Shown piece by piece: positions 38,920 to 53,262 of a DNA stretch of 64,000 nt (positions are counted from its first letter, which is position 1; every line of letters starts with the position of its first letter). A model generated the notes under the pieces. The model did no database searches. It was not told the DNA's origin and worked only from the letters and a program-made list of their open reading frames with translations. A program made the position numbers and the translations under genes. The DNA is taken from contig OZ024740.1 in the NCBI GenBank assembly GCA_964016885.1, forward strand, positions 18,228,001-18,292,000, written 5' to 3'. The stretch is from Eledone cirrhosa. Its lineage: Eukaryota.

Positions 38920-41900
38920 AGGCCCCCTTTACAATAATGTTGGTACCTTACTACAGTGTAGGTTCCTCACTACAGTGTAGGCTCCTCACAATAGTGTAGA
39001 CCCCTTCACAATATTGTAGAACTCTTCACAATAGTGTAGACCACTTTACAATAGTGTAGACCCCTTCACAATAGTGTAGACCACTTTACAATAGTGTAGA
39101 CCCCTTCACAATAGTGTAGACCACTTTACAATAGTGTAGACCCCTTCACAATAGTGTAGACCACTTTACAATAGTGTAGACCCCTTCACAATAGTGTAGA
39201 CCACTTTACAATAGTGTAGACCCCTTCACAATAGTGTAGACCACTTTACAATAGTGTAGGCTCCTCACAATAGTGTAGACCACTTTACAATAGTGTAGAC
39301 CCCTTCACAATAGTGTAGACCCCTTTACATTAGTGTAGACCCCTTTACAATAGTGTAGACCCCTTTACAATAGTGTAGACCACTTTACAATAGTGTAGGC
39401 TCCTCACAATAGTGTAGACCCCTTTACAATAGTGTAGACCCCTTTACAATAGTGTAGGCTCCTCACAATAGTGTAGACCACTTTACAATAGTGTAGACCA
39501 CTTTACAATAGTGTAGACCCCTTTACAATAGTGTAGGCTCCTCACAATAGTGTAGACCCCTTTACAATAGTGTAGACCCCTTTACAATAGTGTAGACCCC
39601 TTCACAATAGTGTAGACCACTTTACAATAGTGTAGACCCCTTTACAATAGTGTAGGCTCCTCACAATAGTGTAGACTCCTTCACAATAGTGTAGACCACT
39701 TTACAATAGTGTAGACCCCTTTACAATAGTGTAGACCCCTTCACAATAGTGTAGACCTCTTTACAATAGTGTAGGCTCCTCACAATAGTGTAGACCACTT
39801 TACAATAGTGTAGACCCCTTTACAATAGTGTAGACCCATTTACAATAGTGTAGACCCCTTCACAATAGTGTAGACCACTTTACAATAGTGTAGACCACTT
39901 TACAATAGTGTAGACCCCTTCACAATAGTGTAGACCCCTTTACAATAGTGTAGACCACTTTACAATAGTGTAGACCCCTTCACAATAGTGTAGACCACTT
40001 TACAATAGTGTAGACCCCTTCACAATAGTGTAGACCACTTTACAATAGTGTAGACCCCTTCACAATAGTGTAGACCACTTTACAATAGTGTAGACCCCTT
40101 CACAATAGTGTAGACCACTTTACAATAGTGTAGACCCCTTTACAATAGTGTAGACCCCTTTACAATAGTGTAGACCCCTTTACAATAGTGTAGACCACTT
40201 TACAATAGTGTAGACCCCTTTACAATAGTGTAGACCCCTTCACAATAGTGTAGGCTCCTCACAATAGTGTAGACCACTTTACAATAGTGTAGACCCCTTC
40301 ACAATAGTGTAGACCACTTTACAATAGTGTAGACCCCTTCACAATAGTGTAGACCACTTTACAATAGTGTAGACCCCTTCACAATAGTGTAGACCACTTT
40401 ACAATAGTGTAGACCCCTTCACAATAGTGTAGACCACTTTACAATAGTGTAGACCCCTTCACAATAGTGTAGACCACTTTACAATAGTGTAGACCCCTTC
40501 ACAATAGTGTAGACCACTTTACAATAGTGTAGACCCCTTCACAATAGTGTAGACCCCTTTACAATAGTGTAGACCACTTTACAATAGTGTAGACCCCTTC
40601 ACAATAGTGTAGACCACTTTACAATAGTGTAGACCCCTTTACAATAGTGTAGACCCCTTTACAATAGTGTAGGCTCCTCACATTAGTGTAGACCCCTTCA
40701 CAATAGTGTAGACCACTTTACAATAGTGTAGACCCCTTCACAATAGTGTAGACCACTTTACAATAGTGTAGACCCCTTCACAATAGTGTAGACCCCTTTA
40801 CAATAGTGTAGACCACTTTACAATAGTGTAGACCCCTTCACAATAGTGTAGACCACTTTACAATAGTGTAGACCCCTTTACAATAGTGTAGACCCCTTTA
40901 CAATAGTGTAGGCTCCTCACATTAGTGTAGACCTCTTTACAATAGTGTAGACCCCTTCACAATAGTGTAGACCACTTTACAATAGTGTAGACCCCTTCAC
41001 AATAGTGTAGACCCCTTTACAATAGTGTAGACCCCTTCACAATAGTGTAGACCCCTTCACAATAGTGTAGACCACTTTACAATAGTGTAGACCCCTTCAC
41101 AATAGTGTAGACCCCTTTACAATAGTGTAGACCCCTTCACAATAGTGTAGACCACTTTACAATAGTGTAGACCCCTTCACAATAGTGTAGACCACTTTAC
41201 AATAGTGTAGACCCCTTCACAATAGTGTAGACCACTTTACAATAGTGTAGACCCCTTTACAATAGTGTAGACCCCTTTACAATAGTGTAGGCTCCTCACA
41301 ATAGTGTAGACCCCTTTACAATAGTGTAGACCCCTTTACAATAGTGTAGGCTCCTCACATTAGTGTAGACCCCTTTACAATAGTGTAGACCCCTTTACAA
41401 TAGTGTAGGCTCCTCACATTAGTGTAGGTTCCTCACAATAGTGTAGACCCCTTTAAAATAGTGTAGGCTCCTCACATTAGTGTAGACCCCTTTACAATAG
41501 TGTAGACCCCTTCACAATAGTGTAGACCCCTTTACAATAGTGTAGACCACTTTACAATAGTGTAGACCTCTTCACAATAGTGTAGACCACTTTACAATAG
41601 TGTAGACCCCTTTACAATAGTGTAGACCCCTTTACAATAGTGTAGGCTCCTCACATTAGTGTAGACCCCTTCACAATAGTGTAGACCACTTTACAATAGT
41701 GTAGACCCCTTCACAATAGTGTAGACCACTTTACAATAGTGTAGACCCCTTCACAATAGTGTAGACCCCTTTACAATAGTGTAGACCACTTTACAATAGT
41801 GTAGACCCCTTCACAATAGTGTAGACCACTTTACAATAGTGTAGACCCCTTTACAATAGTGTAGACCCCTTTACAATAGTGTAGGCTCCTCACATTAGTG

Positions 41901-44900
41901 TAGACCTCTTTACAATAGTGTAGACCCCTTCACAATAGTGTAGACCACTTTACAATAGTGTAGACCCCTTCACAATAGTGTAGACCCCTTTACAATAGTG
42001 TAGACCCCTTCACAATAGTGTAGACCACTTTACAATAGTGTAGACCCCTTCACAATAGTGTAGACCACTTTACAATAGTGTAGACCCCTTCACAATAGTG
42101 TAGACCCCTTTACAATAGTGTAGACCCCTTCACAATAGTGTAGACCACTTTACAATAGTGTAGACCCCTTCACAATAGTGTAGACCACTTTACAATAGTG
42201 TAGACCCCTTCACAATAGTGTAGACCACTTTACAATAGTGTAGACCCCTTTACAATAGTGTAGACCCCTTTACAATAGTGTAGGCTCCTCACAATAGTGT
42301 AGACCCCTTTACAATAGTGTAGACCCCTTTACAATAGTGTAGGCTCCTCACATTAGTGTAGACCCTTTACAATAGTGTAGACCCCTTTACAATAGTGTAG
42401 GCTCCTCACATTAGTGTAGGTTCCTCACAATAGTGTAGACCCCTTTAAAATAGTGTAGGCTCCTCACATTAGTGTAGACCCCTTTACAATAGTGTAGACC
42501 CCTTTACAATAGTGTAGACCCCTTTACAATAGTGTAGGCTCCTCACATTAGTGTAGACCCCTTTACAATAGTGTAGACCCCTTTACAATAGTGTAGGCTC
42601 CTCACATTAGTGTAGACCTCTTTACAATAGTGTAGACCCCTTTACAATAGTGTAGGCTCCTCACAATAGTGTAGGCTCCTCACAATAGTGTAGACCCCTT
42701 TACAATAGTGTAGGCTCCTCACATTAGTGTAGGTTCCTCACAATAGTGTAGACCCCTTTACAATAGTGTAGACCCCTTTAAAATAGTGTAGGCTCCTCAC
42801 AATAGTGTAGACCCCTTTACAATAGTGTAGACCCCTTTACAATAGTGTAGGCTCCTCACAATAGTGTAGGCTCCTCACATTAGTGTAGACCTCTTTACAA
42901 TAGTGTAGACCCCTTTACAATAGTGTAGACCACTTTACAATAGTGTAGACCCCTTTACAATAGTGTAGACCCCTTTACAATAGTGTAGGCTCCTCACATT
43001 AGTGTAGACCCATTTACAATAGTGTAGGCTCCTCACATTAGTGTAGACCCCTTTACAATAGTGTAGGCTCCTCACATTAGTGTAGACCCCTTTACAATAG
43101 TGTAGACCCCTTTACAATAGTGTAGGCTCCTCACAATAGTGTAGGCTCCTCACATTAGTGTAGACCCCTTTACAATAGTGTAGGCTCCTCACATTAGTGT
43201 AGACCCCTTTACAATAGTGTAGACCCCTTTACAATAGTGTAGACCACTTTACAATAGTGTAGACCCCTTTACAATAGTGTAGACCTCTTTACAATAGTGT
43301 AGACCCCTTTACAATAGTGTAGACCACTTTACAATAGTGTAGACCCCTTTACAATAGTGTAGACCCCTTTACAATAGTGTAGGCTCCTCACATTAGTGTA
43401 GACCCATTTACAATAGTGTAGGCTCCTCACATTAGTGTAGACCCCTTTACAATAGTGTAGGCTCCTCACATTAGTGTAGACCCCTTTACAATAGTGTAGA
43501 CCCCTTTACAATAGTGTAGACCTCTTTACAATAGTGTAGACCCCTTTACAATAGTGTAGGCTCCTCACAATAGTGTAGACCCATTTACAATAGTGTAGAC
43601 CACTTTACAATAGTGTAGGCTCCTCACAATAGTGTAGACCCCTTTATAATAGTGTAGACCCCTCACAATAGTGTAGGCTCCTCACGATAGTGTAGGTTCC
43701 TCACAGTAGTGTTGGCCCCTTTACAATAGTGTAGACCCCTTTACAATAGTGTAGACCCCTTTACAATAGTGTAGACCCCTTTACAATAGTGTAGACCCCT
43801 TTACAATAGTGTAGGCTCCTCACAATAGTGTAGGCTCCTCACATTAGTGTAGACCTCTTTACAATAGTCTAGACCCCTTTACAATAGTGTAGACCACTTT
43901 ACAATAGTGTAGACCCCTTTACAATAGTGTAGACCCCTTTACAATAGTGTAGGCTCCTCACATTAGTGTAGACCCATTTACAATAGTGTAGGCTCCTCAC
44001 ATTAGTGTAGACCCCTTTACAATAGTGTAGGCTCCTCACATTAGTGTAGACCCCTTTACAATAGTGTAGACCCCTTTACAATAGTGTAGGCTCCTCACAA
44101 TAGTGTAGGCTCCTCACATTAGTGTAGACCCCTTTACAATAGTGTAGGCTCCTCACATTAGTGTAGACCCCTTTACAATAGTGTAGACCCCTTTACAATA
44201 GTGTAGACCACTTTACAATAGTGTAGACCCCTTTACAATAGTGTAGACCTCTTTACAATAGTGTAGACCCCTTTACAATAGTGTAGACCACTTTACAATA
44301 GTGTAGACCCCTTTACAATAGTGTAGACCCCTTTACAATAGTGTAGGCTCCTCACATTAGTGTAGACCCATTTACAATAGTGTAGGCTCCTCACATTAGT
44401 GTAGACCCCTTTACAATAGTGTAGGCTCCTCACATTAGTGTAGACCCCTTTACAATAGTGTAGACCCCTTTACAATAGTGTAGACCTCTTTACAATAGTG
44501 TAGACCCCTTTACAATAGTGTAGGCTCCTCACAATAGTGTAGACCCATTTACAATAGTGTAGACCACTTTACAATAGTGTAGGCTCCTCACAATAGTGTA
44601 GACCCCTTTATAATAGTGTAGACCCCTCACAATAGTGTAGGCTCCTCACGATAGTGTAGGTTCCTCACAGTAGTGTTGGCCCCTTTACAATAGTGTAGAC
44701 CCCTTTACAATAGTGTAGACCCCTTTACAATAGTGTAGACCCATTTACAATAGTGTAGACCACTTTACAATAGTGTAGGCTCCTCACAATAGTGTAGACC
44801 CATTTACAATAGTGTAGACCACTTTACAATAGTGTAGGCTCCTCACAATAGTGTAGACCCCTTTATAATAGTGTAGACCCCTCACAATAGTGTAGGCTCC

Positions 44901-45010
44901 TCACGATAGTGTAGGTTCCTCACAGTAGTGTTGGCTCCTCACAATAGTGTAGACCCCTTCACAATAGTGTAGGCTCCTCACGATAGTGTAGGTTCCTCAC
45001 AGTAGTGTTG
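38920..45010. repeat. 19-20-bp satellite, ~300 copies, with ~1-kb higher-order duplications
   Basis: ACAATAGTGTAGACCCCTTT with variants CCACTTT, CCCCTTC and 19-bp GGCTCCTC. Confidence 0.98.
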
Positions 45011-45053
45011 GTTCCTGCTGGCATATGGCTCTCTGCTCTGGCCTCTGTATATA

Positions 45054-45328
45054 TCATCATCATCATCATGATCACCGTTTTACGTCCGTTCTTCCATGCT
45101 AGCATGGGTTAGACGGGTTGTCCTGTTGTGGGCAGTGTCTGGTCGGCTGACCATGCCTTGCTCATACAGGAACTGATTTTGGCTTGATTTCTACAGCTGG
45201 ATGCCCTTCCTAACACCAACCGCATTTACAGTGAGTGCTGGGTGCTTTTTCCGTGGCGCCTACACATCCACTTTACAGTGTGGGCTGGGTGCTTTTTGCC
45301 GTGGCACCTCCACGACCACCTTGCAGTG
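45054..45328 (-). mobile_element. RTE UTR-derived non-autonomous element
   Basis: (CAT)n tail, CATGCTAGCATGGG, GGATGCCCTTCCTAACACC, 43-bp internal repeats. Confidence 0.8.
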
Positions 45329-45840
45329 GGGGGGTGTGGGGCATATTGTCTATATGCTTCAGTTTGTACCCATGGGAGGTCGGGTACTCTGTATTACTGC
45401 GTGACGCCAGAGGTATATATATATATATGACGTATTGCCCTGTGTTTTATTAGATGTACCTAAATGGGAAATGCACCACAAAATAAGCACTAAGCTAAGA
45501 CCTGTTTTATTAAACTCTTCAGTTATCCTGTACACCTCTAGTCTGTGGGGTTTATATATCACATACATATAAACACTCAAACATTTGCTATCTAGACAAG
45601 GTATTTAACTGTTTGGAACTACTCCAAGAAATGCTCAGTAAAGCCACAACATACCTTCTTTAGACAATCTTGCTATAATTGCTGTTATGTGACACTGTTA
45701 AGTATAACAAAACACTGGTCTTACTAAAATAGTCTATCTTTGACATAACACACTGTTAAGTATATTAAATATTGTGGTCTTGACATATATATTAATGTTA
45801 GTACACCTGTGGTCTTACCAAGATAGTCTATTAAACACTA

Positions 45841-46040
45841 TTAACCCTTTTTGTACCAAACCACCCTAAACTGTCCTTGGTTCTATGATACAAAGCTCTC
45901 TATTTTTAAATGTTTATCTAAAAAACCTCCATCATAATTTTATATAAGAACATTTATTAAGTTATATTTAAGACACCAGCTAAATAATGAGAAAGTTAAT
46001 TCTATTAGTAAGTCCCTCCAAATTCTTGATTATTTTCAAA
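45841..46040. mobile_element. TTAA MITE terminal part (same family as 18975-20782)
   Basis: TTAACCCTTTTTGTACCAAACCACCC...GGTTCTATGATACAAA...AAAACCTCCATC. Confidence 0.6.
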
Positions 46041-46085
46041 ATGATATAAAAATCATTAGGCAGTGTCTTTCCTTATTATGTACTT

Positions 46086-46990
46086 GGATTGGCAGTATCG
46101 GTAGAGGGTCAGACGCCATGCTAGGGTGGTGGATTGGCAGTATCGGTAGAGGGTCGGACACCATGCTAGGGCGGTGGATTGGCAGTATCGGTAGAGGGTC
46201 GGACGCCATGCTAGGGCTGTGGATTGGCAGTATCGGTAGAGGGTCGGACACCATGCTAGGGCGGTGGATTGGCAGTATCGGTAGAGGGTCAGACACCATG
46301 CTAGGGCGGTGGATTGGCAGTATCAGTAGAGGGTCGGACGCCATGCTAGTGTGGTGGATTGGCAGTATCGGTAGAGGGTCGGGCGCCATGCTAGGGCGGT
46401 GGATTGGCAGTATCGGTAGAGGGTCGGGCGCCATGCTAGGGCGGTGGATTGGCAGTATCGGTAGAGGGTCGGACGCCATGCTAGGGCGGTGGATTGGCAG
46501 TATCGGTAGAGGGTCGGGCGCCATGCTAGAGCGGTGGATTGGCAGTATCGGTAGAGGGTCGGACGCCATGCTAGGGCGGTGGATTGGCAGTATCGGTAGA
46601 GGGTCGGACGCCATGCTAGAGCTGTGGATTGGCAGTATCGGTAGAGGGTCAGACACCATGCTAGGGCTGTGGATTGGCAGTATCGGTAGAGGGTCGGACA
46701 CCATGCTAGGGCGGTGGATTGGCAGTATCGGTAGAGGGTCGGACACCATGCTAGGGCGGTGGATTGGCAGTATCGGTAGAGGGTCGGACACCATGCTAGG
46801 GCGGTGGATTGGCAGTATCGGTAGAGGGTCGGACACCATGCTTTGCAGCATAGAGTTACGACTCTTTATGATCTGAGTTCAAATCCCGCCGAGATTAACT
46901 TTGCCTTTCATCCTTACGGGGTTGATGAAATAAAGTACCAGTAATACACTGGGATAATTGCTGACCATGAACCAAAAGTAGAAACAGTTA
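46086..46990 (+). mobile_element. SINE family 1 with its 45-bp head tandemly amplified x17
   Basis: GGATTGGCAGTATCGGTAGAGGGTCGGACACCATGCTAGGGCGGT every 45 bp from 46086 to 46806; the last unit continues into the B box (46875) and SINE body. Confidence 0.93.
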
Positions 46991-47076
46991 TGTACTTTAC
47001 ATTTGATAAATTAATGAATACAAATAAAAAGAATAAAACAATAAAAATTTAAGAAGAAAAAACCCACTAGACATTG

Positions 47077-47409
47077 CAGGGTTGGATTTAATGGGGGGTA
47101 AAGGGGACAATTGCCCCAGGTCCCCTGCACTGTGGGGCCCCCAACAGCGATGGTCATAGCAATTTATTTGTACCCTCAGCTGGGCGTTTTAGTTTTAGGA
47201 TGGTTAGAATGTTTGAATTTAATACCTTTATGTATAACTTCTCAATTCCAGTTACTTGTGCCGAGCTAACTTTGATATGTAAAATTGAGGGGGGGGGTGC
47301 TGTATATTCTATTTTTTGGTGTATGAGCCCTTCCCACCTCCCCCCAAAAAACAAACAAGAACCCCTGAAGTGCCCCCCCCCCCCTCACCAAGGTCTAAAC
47401 CCAACCTTG
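47077..47409. mobile_element. hAT-type MITE with 8-bp TSD
   Basis: TIR CAGGGTTGGATTTA / TAAACCCAACCTTG; flanks AGACATTG / AGGCATTG (7/8). Confidence 0.8.
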
Positions 47410-47441
47410 AGGCATTGTATTCTAATAAACATTAATTACTC

Positions 47442-47626
47442 GTGGATTGGCAGTATCGGTAGAGGGTCGGATGCCATGCTTTGACACATAGAGTTACGGC
47501 CCTTGCCATTCTGAGTTCAAATCCCGCCGAGGTTAACTTTGCCTTTTGTCCTTACGGGGTCGATAAAATAAAGTACCAGTAATGCACTGGGTAATTGCTG
47601 GCCTGTGCCCTAAAGTAGAAACAATT
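47442..47626 (+). mobile_element. SINE family 1, single-head copy
   Basis: GTGGATTGGCAGTATCGGTAGAGGGTCGGATGCCATGCT, B box, central domain, tail. Confidence 0.9.
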
Positions 47627-47879
47627 AATTACTCCAGTCAGTAAATTTCTTTCCATAGTTTTCTATTCTTTTTACAAGGTTCTCAATGTGTTTACTTCAT
47701 AGCTCTATCATCTCCACATCCCACCCACCAGCCTCCTCTTTACCACCTTTCAGTTAGTTATGATGACATTGCCTTGTACCCCTCCTTCGTTTCCACAACT
47801 TCATCATCCATTGCTTTTTCCCACCTACCATTTTACATCACCAAGGTCGATTGCTGCTCCAAGTAAAATAAGGTTATAA

Positions 47880-50372
47880 TTACAGGGAAGAAGTGGACTC
47901 CACAAGCTGTAGTGAAGATAACCAGTCTAGGAGGGCGGTAACTCTGATTAAAACCAACTGCACAGGCCAGACATAGGGCTTCATAAGCCATAGTGAAGGC
48001 TACCCATCTAGGAGAGTAGATACTCCAAATAAAAACTGATATAAGGTGGAGAGAACTCTTGAGTCTAGTAAAACAATCTCTCTAGTAGTGTTGGTGGCAT
48101 GAATAATGCACCCAGTCCTCACTGTAAAGTGGTTGGTGATAAGAAGGGTATCCAGCCAGAAAAACCCTGCCTAAAATATGACAAGCACAACAAATATGAT
48201 TCTCACTAATTGTGTATAGAGGGCTAACACTAGTCATGTTAGTGCTGAGCATAGAACTCGAGCAAGTAACAACTGTCAAGGTACACATCTCAGGACTGCA
48301 ATTCTCAATGTTGGCACCCTGAAAGGCAAATCAGGTGGAATTGTGGAACTGTTAAAGAGAAGAGCTGTAGATATATGCTGTGTACAAGAAGTGAGATGGA
48401 GGGGTGCTTCAGCGATACTAATCACAGGCAAACAACAGAGATATAAATTCTACTAGGTAGGAAATGATGATGGGGCTGGAGGTGTAGACATCTTACTAGC
48501 TGAGAAATGGAGAAATAAGGTGATAGAGGTAGTTAGAGTAAGTGACAGAATCATCAAGTTTAGAATAGTTGTAGAAATAGAATGGTGACAATTATATCTA
48601 CCTGTGCACCACAGGCAGGACTATGTAAAGAACAAAAAGACAGGTTCTATGAGGAACTTTTACAGACAACTTCAGTTACTGATAAAGGTGACCTCATCAT
48701 CCTGGCATGCAACTTTAATGGACATGTGGGACAGCACCAAGTTGGATTCTGTGGAGTTCATGGCAGCTATGGTTATGGCTCAAGGAATGAAGAGCAACTG
48801 AGGCTCCTGGAATTCTGTAATGCAAATGAACTAACCATTTGCAACACAAATTTCAGGAAATCAGCCAGCCACCTGATTTCATTTCAATCAGGTGAATACA
48901 CAAGCAAAATTGATTACTTACTCATAAGACAATGAGATAAACAGGCTGTAATAAACACTAAGGCGTGCGTCCCTTAGGGACGAATGCACTGCCCAACAGA
49001 AGTTAGTTATTAGTGACATCAAAATAAACACAAGACAGAACAAGATACACTGGAATATATGGAGAATGAGGGTTTGGAAGCTAAAGGACCTTTCAATTAA
49101 ATATAGGTTTAAAAAGGCCCTACATGATGCAGTAAATGAGAGGGGTGACAGGCTAGGTACATATAACAGAGAAGACAGCTGGAAATTCCTACGTGCCATC
49201 GTTTTGCAAACTACTGACGACACTTTTGGCTGTAGTAGAGCACCAACCAATCAGAGGGTGAGCTGGTGGTGAAACAGCTCAGTAGATAGAACCATCAAAG
49301 CAATAAGACAGGCTTGGAAAGACTGGAAAAATGGGGGTAGCAGAGACCAGTACCAGGTTGCTAAACAACAGGTATACACAGCTCGGCAAGAAGTTGAAAA
49401 AAAGAAAGTTTGCCAATGTCTTGAGACATGAGGACCAGAGACGTGAAGTGTTTCACATTGCAAGGGAATGTGTTAGTGTAAATTGAGATGTTGTTGGGGA
49501 AATATGTTAGAAATGACACTGGTACACTTAGCACCACTGATGTATAAAAGAAAGAGGCCTGGAAATGTTACAATGAGAAATTGATGAATGTAGAGAATGA
49601 ATGAGAGGAAGAGAAACTACTCCCAACTTACCCAACAGAAGGACCAGCTATTGAAGTTGGCAGTTATAGAGTCAAAGAAACAATCAAAGAGATAGTTGCT
49701 GAGATGCTAAAAACATCGAAAGAAGAAATAGCTGAACTAGTAACTCGCATAGTCAATCAGGTAATACATGACGGAGTCATACCCAATGACTGGTGCAGCA
49801 GTACAATCATACATTTCTGCAAAGGCAAAGGTAATACTCTAGAAAGAAGCAACTACTAAGGAATAAAACTAATGAATCAAGTTATGAAAGTGATGGAAAG
49901 TTATAGCGCAACTAATTAGGGAAAGAGTCAAATTAGACAAGATGCAATTTGGTTTCAGGCGTGGGAAAAGTACTATAGTTGCCCTATTTTTAGTGAAATA
50001 ATTACAAGAGAAGTTCCCAGCAAAGAATAAGTCACTATATTTAGCTTTTGTTGATCTAGAAAAGGCCTTTGACAGAGTACCTCAATCTATTATCTGGTGG
50101 TCCTTAAGGAAATTAGGTGTAGAAGAATGGCTTGTGATAGCTGTGGAAACCATATACAGAGGAGCTGTCAGTAAAGTGAGAGTAGGAAGTGAGTTTAGTG
50201 AGGAATTCACTGTTCATCAAGGTTCAGTTTTTAGCCCACTACTGGTCATTATAATTCTCCAGGCCATAACAGGGGGGTTTAAAACTGGTTGTCCATGGGA
50301 ACTTCTCTATGTAGATGATTAGGTCCTTACAGCCGAATTCATAAAAGAACTAGAAAGTAAGTTCAGACATTG
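47880..50372 (+). mobile_element. RTE LINE with 5' UTR, APE endonuclease and RT; many stops; 3'-truncated
   Basis: 5' UTR CCAGTCTAGGAG..ACTCTGA motif twice; LNVGTL...DICCVQEVRW (~48300), NFNGHVG, IDYLL, QFGFR, FVDLEKAFDRVP, HQGS, YVDD. Confidence 0.92.
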
Positions 50373-52975
50373 AGCACTGTGACCGACAATCACTACTATG
50401 ACTAACAATGCCTACTATGACCCAGAATTGACCTCTATGACCACAATGACCCAACATTGACCCTGACTCAACATTGACCACTGTGACTTAACATTGACAC
50501 TGTAGCACAACATTGACCACTGTGACTTAACATTGACCACTGTAACCCAACATTGACCACTGTAACCCAACATTGACCACAATGACCCAACATTGACCAC
50601 TGTAACCCAACATCGACCACTGTAACCCAACATTGACCACTGTAACCCAACATTGATCACAATGACCCAACATTGACCACTGTAACCCAACATCGACCAC
50701 TGTAACCCAACATTGACCACAATGACCCAACATTGACCACTGTAACCCAACATCGACCACTAACCCAACATTGAGCACTGTAACCCAACATCGACCACAA
50801 TGACCCAACATTGACCACTGTAACCCAACATTGACCACTGTAACCCAAGATTGACCACTGACCAACATTGACCACTGTGACCAACATTGACCACTGTAAC
50901 CCAACATTGACCACTGTAACCCAACATTGACCACTGTGACCAACATTGACCACTGTAACCCAACATTGACCACTGTAACCCAACATCGACCACTGTCCCA
51001 ACATCGACCACTGTGACCAACATTGACCACTGTGACCAACATTGACCACTGTAACCCAACATTGACCACTGTAACCCAACATTGACCACTGACCAACATT
51101 GACCACTGTAACCCAACATTGACCACTGTAACCCAACATCGACCACTGTCCCAACATTGACCACTGTGACCAACATCGACCACTGTGACCAACATTGACC
51201 ACTGTAACCCAACATCGACCACTGTGACCTACAGTCACCACTGTAACCCAACATTGACCACAATGACCCAACATTGACCACTGTGACCAACATTGACCAC
51301 TGTGACCAACATTGACCACTGTGACCAACATTGACCACTGTAACCCAACATCGACCACAATGACCCAACATTGACCACTGTAACCCAACATCGACGACTA
51401 ACCCAAAATTGACCACTGTAACCCAACATCGACCACAATGACCCAACATTGACCACTGTAACCCAACATTGACCACTGTAACCCAAGATTGACCACTGAC
51501 CAACATTGACCACTGTGACCAACATTGACCACTGTAACCCAACATTGACCACTGTAACCCAACATCGACCACTGTCCCAACATTGACCACTGTGACCAAC
51601 ATTGACCACTGTAACCCAACATTGACCACTGTGACCAACATTGACCACAATGACCCAACATTGACCACTGTGACCAACATTGACCACTGTGGCCAACATT
51701 GACCACTGTAACCCAACATTGACCACTGTGACCAACATTGACCACTGTAACCCAACATTGACCACAATGACCCAGCATTGACCACTGTAACCCAACATTG
51801 ACCACAATGACCCAGCATTGACCACTGTGACCAACATTGACCACTGTAACCCAACATTGACCACAATGACCCAACATTGACCACTGTAACCCAACATTGA
51901 CCACAATGACCCAGCATTGACCACTGTGACCAACATTGACCACTGTAACCCAACATTCACCACTGTAACCCAACATTGACCACAATGACCCAACATTGAC
52001 CACTGTAACCCAACATTGACCACAATGACCCAGCATTGACCACTGTGACCAACATTGACCACAATGACTCAACATTGACCACTGACCTACAGTCACCACT
52101 GTGACCCAACATTGACCACTGTGACCTACAGTCACCACTGTGACCCAACATTGACCACTGTAACCCAACATCGACCACTGTAACCCAACATTGACCACTA
52201 ACCCAACATCGACCACTGTGACCAACATTGACCACTGACCCAATATTGACCACTGACCTACAGTCACCACTGTGACCCAACATTGACCACTGACCTACAG
52301 TCACCACTGTGACCCAACATTGACCACTGTAACCCAACATTGACCACTGTGACCTACAGTCACTACTGTGACCCAACATTGACCACTGTGACCTACAGTC
52401 ACTACTGTGGCCCAACATTGACCACTGTGACCTACAGTCACTACTGTGACCCAACATTGACCACTGTGACCTACAGTCACCACTGTGACCCAACATTGAC
52501 CACTGTGACCAACATTGACCACTGTGACCCAACATCGACCACTGTGACCCAACATCGACCACTGTAACCCAACATTGACCACTGTAACCCAACATCGACC
52601 ACTGTGACCAACATTGACCACTGACCCAATATTGACCACTGACCTACAGTCACCACTGTGACCCAACATTGACCACTGACCTACAGTCACCACTGTGACC
52701 CAACATTGACCACTGTGACCTACAGTCACCACTGTGACCCAACATTGACCACTGACCTACAGTCACCACTGTGACCCAACATTGACCACTGTGACCTACA
52801 GTCACTACTGTGACCCAACATTGACCACTGTGACCTACAGTCACCACTGTGACCCAACATTGACCACTGTGACCTACAGTCACTACTGTGACCCAACATT
52901 GACCACTGTGACCTACAGTCACCACTGTGACCCAACATTGACCACTGTGACCTACAGTCACTACTGTGACCCAAC
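50373..52975. repeat. 17-20-bp satellite grading into a ~39-bp dimer
   Basis: CCAACATTGACCACTGTAAC variants; CCTACAGTCACCACTGTGA subunit dominates after ~52080. Confidence 0.96.
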
Positions 52976-53116
52976 AGACTAACATCAACTATGTGTTCTG
53001 CTGTATTAAACTGCGATGTTGTTTCTACAGTGATATCACATGACAAGTGGGGGTGGGGAAGTGAACTAGCAGTTGATGAATCAACACCATTACTGTGTCA
53101 ACACACCCCAGCGTCT

Positions 53117-53229
53117 CTATATATATATATATATATATATACATGTTTGTCTGTGTGGGGGTATATGTGTGTATATGTATGTGTCTGTGTGTGTGTATAT
53201 GTATATATATATATGTGTATATGTGTCTG

Positions 53230-53262
<33 letters not shown>

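Noticed and set aside
46036-46876. 15-aa repeat proteins on both strands
   Set aside because: The 45-bp unit is a SINE head; the open frames are incidental.
50415-53046. Overlapping minus-strand ORFs up to 398 aa
   Set aside because: They are satellite translations.
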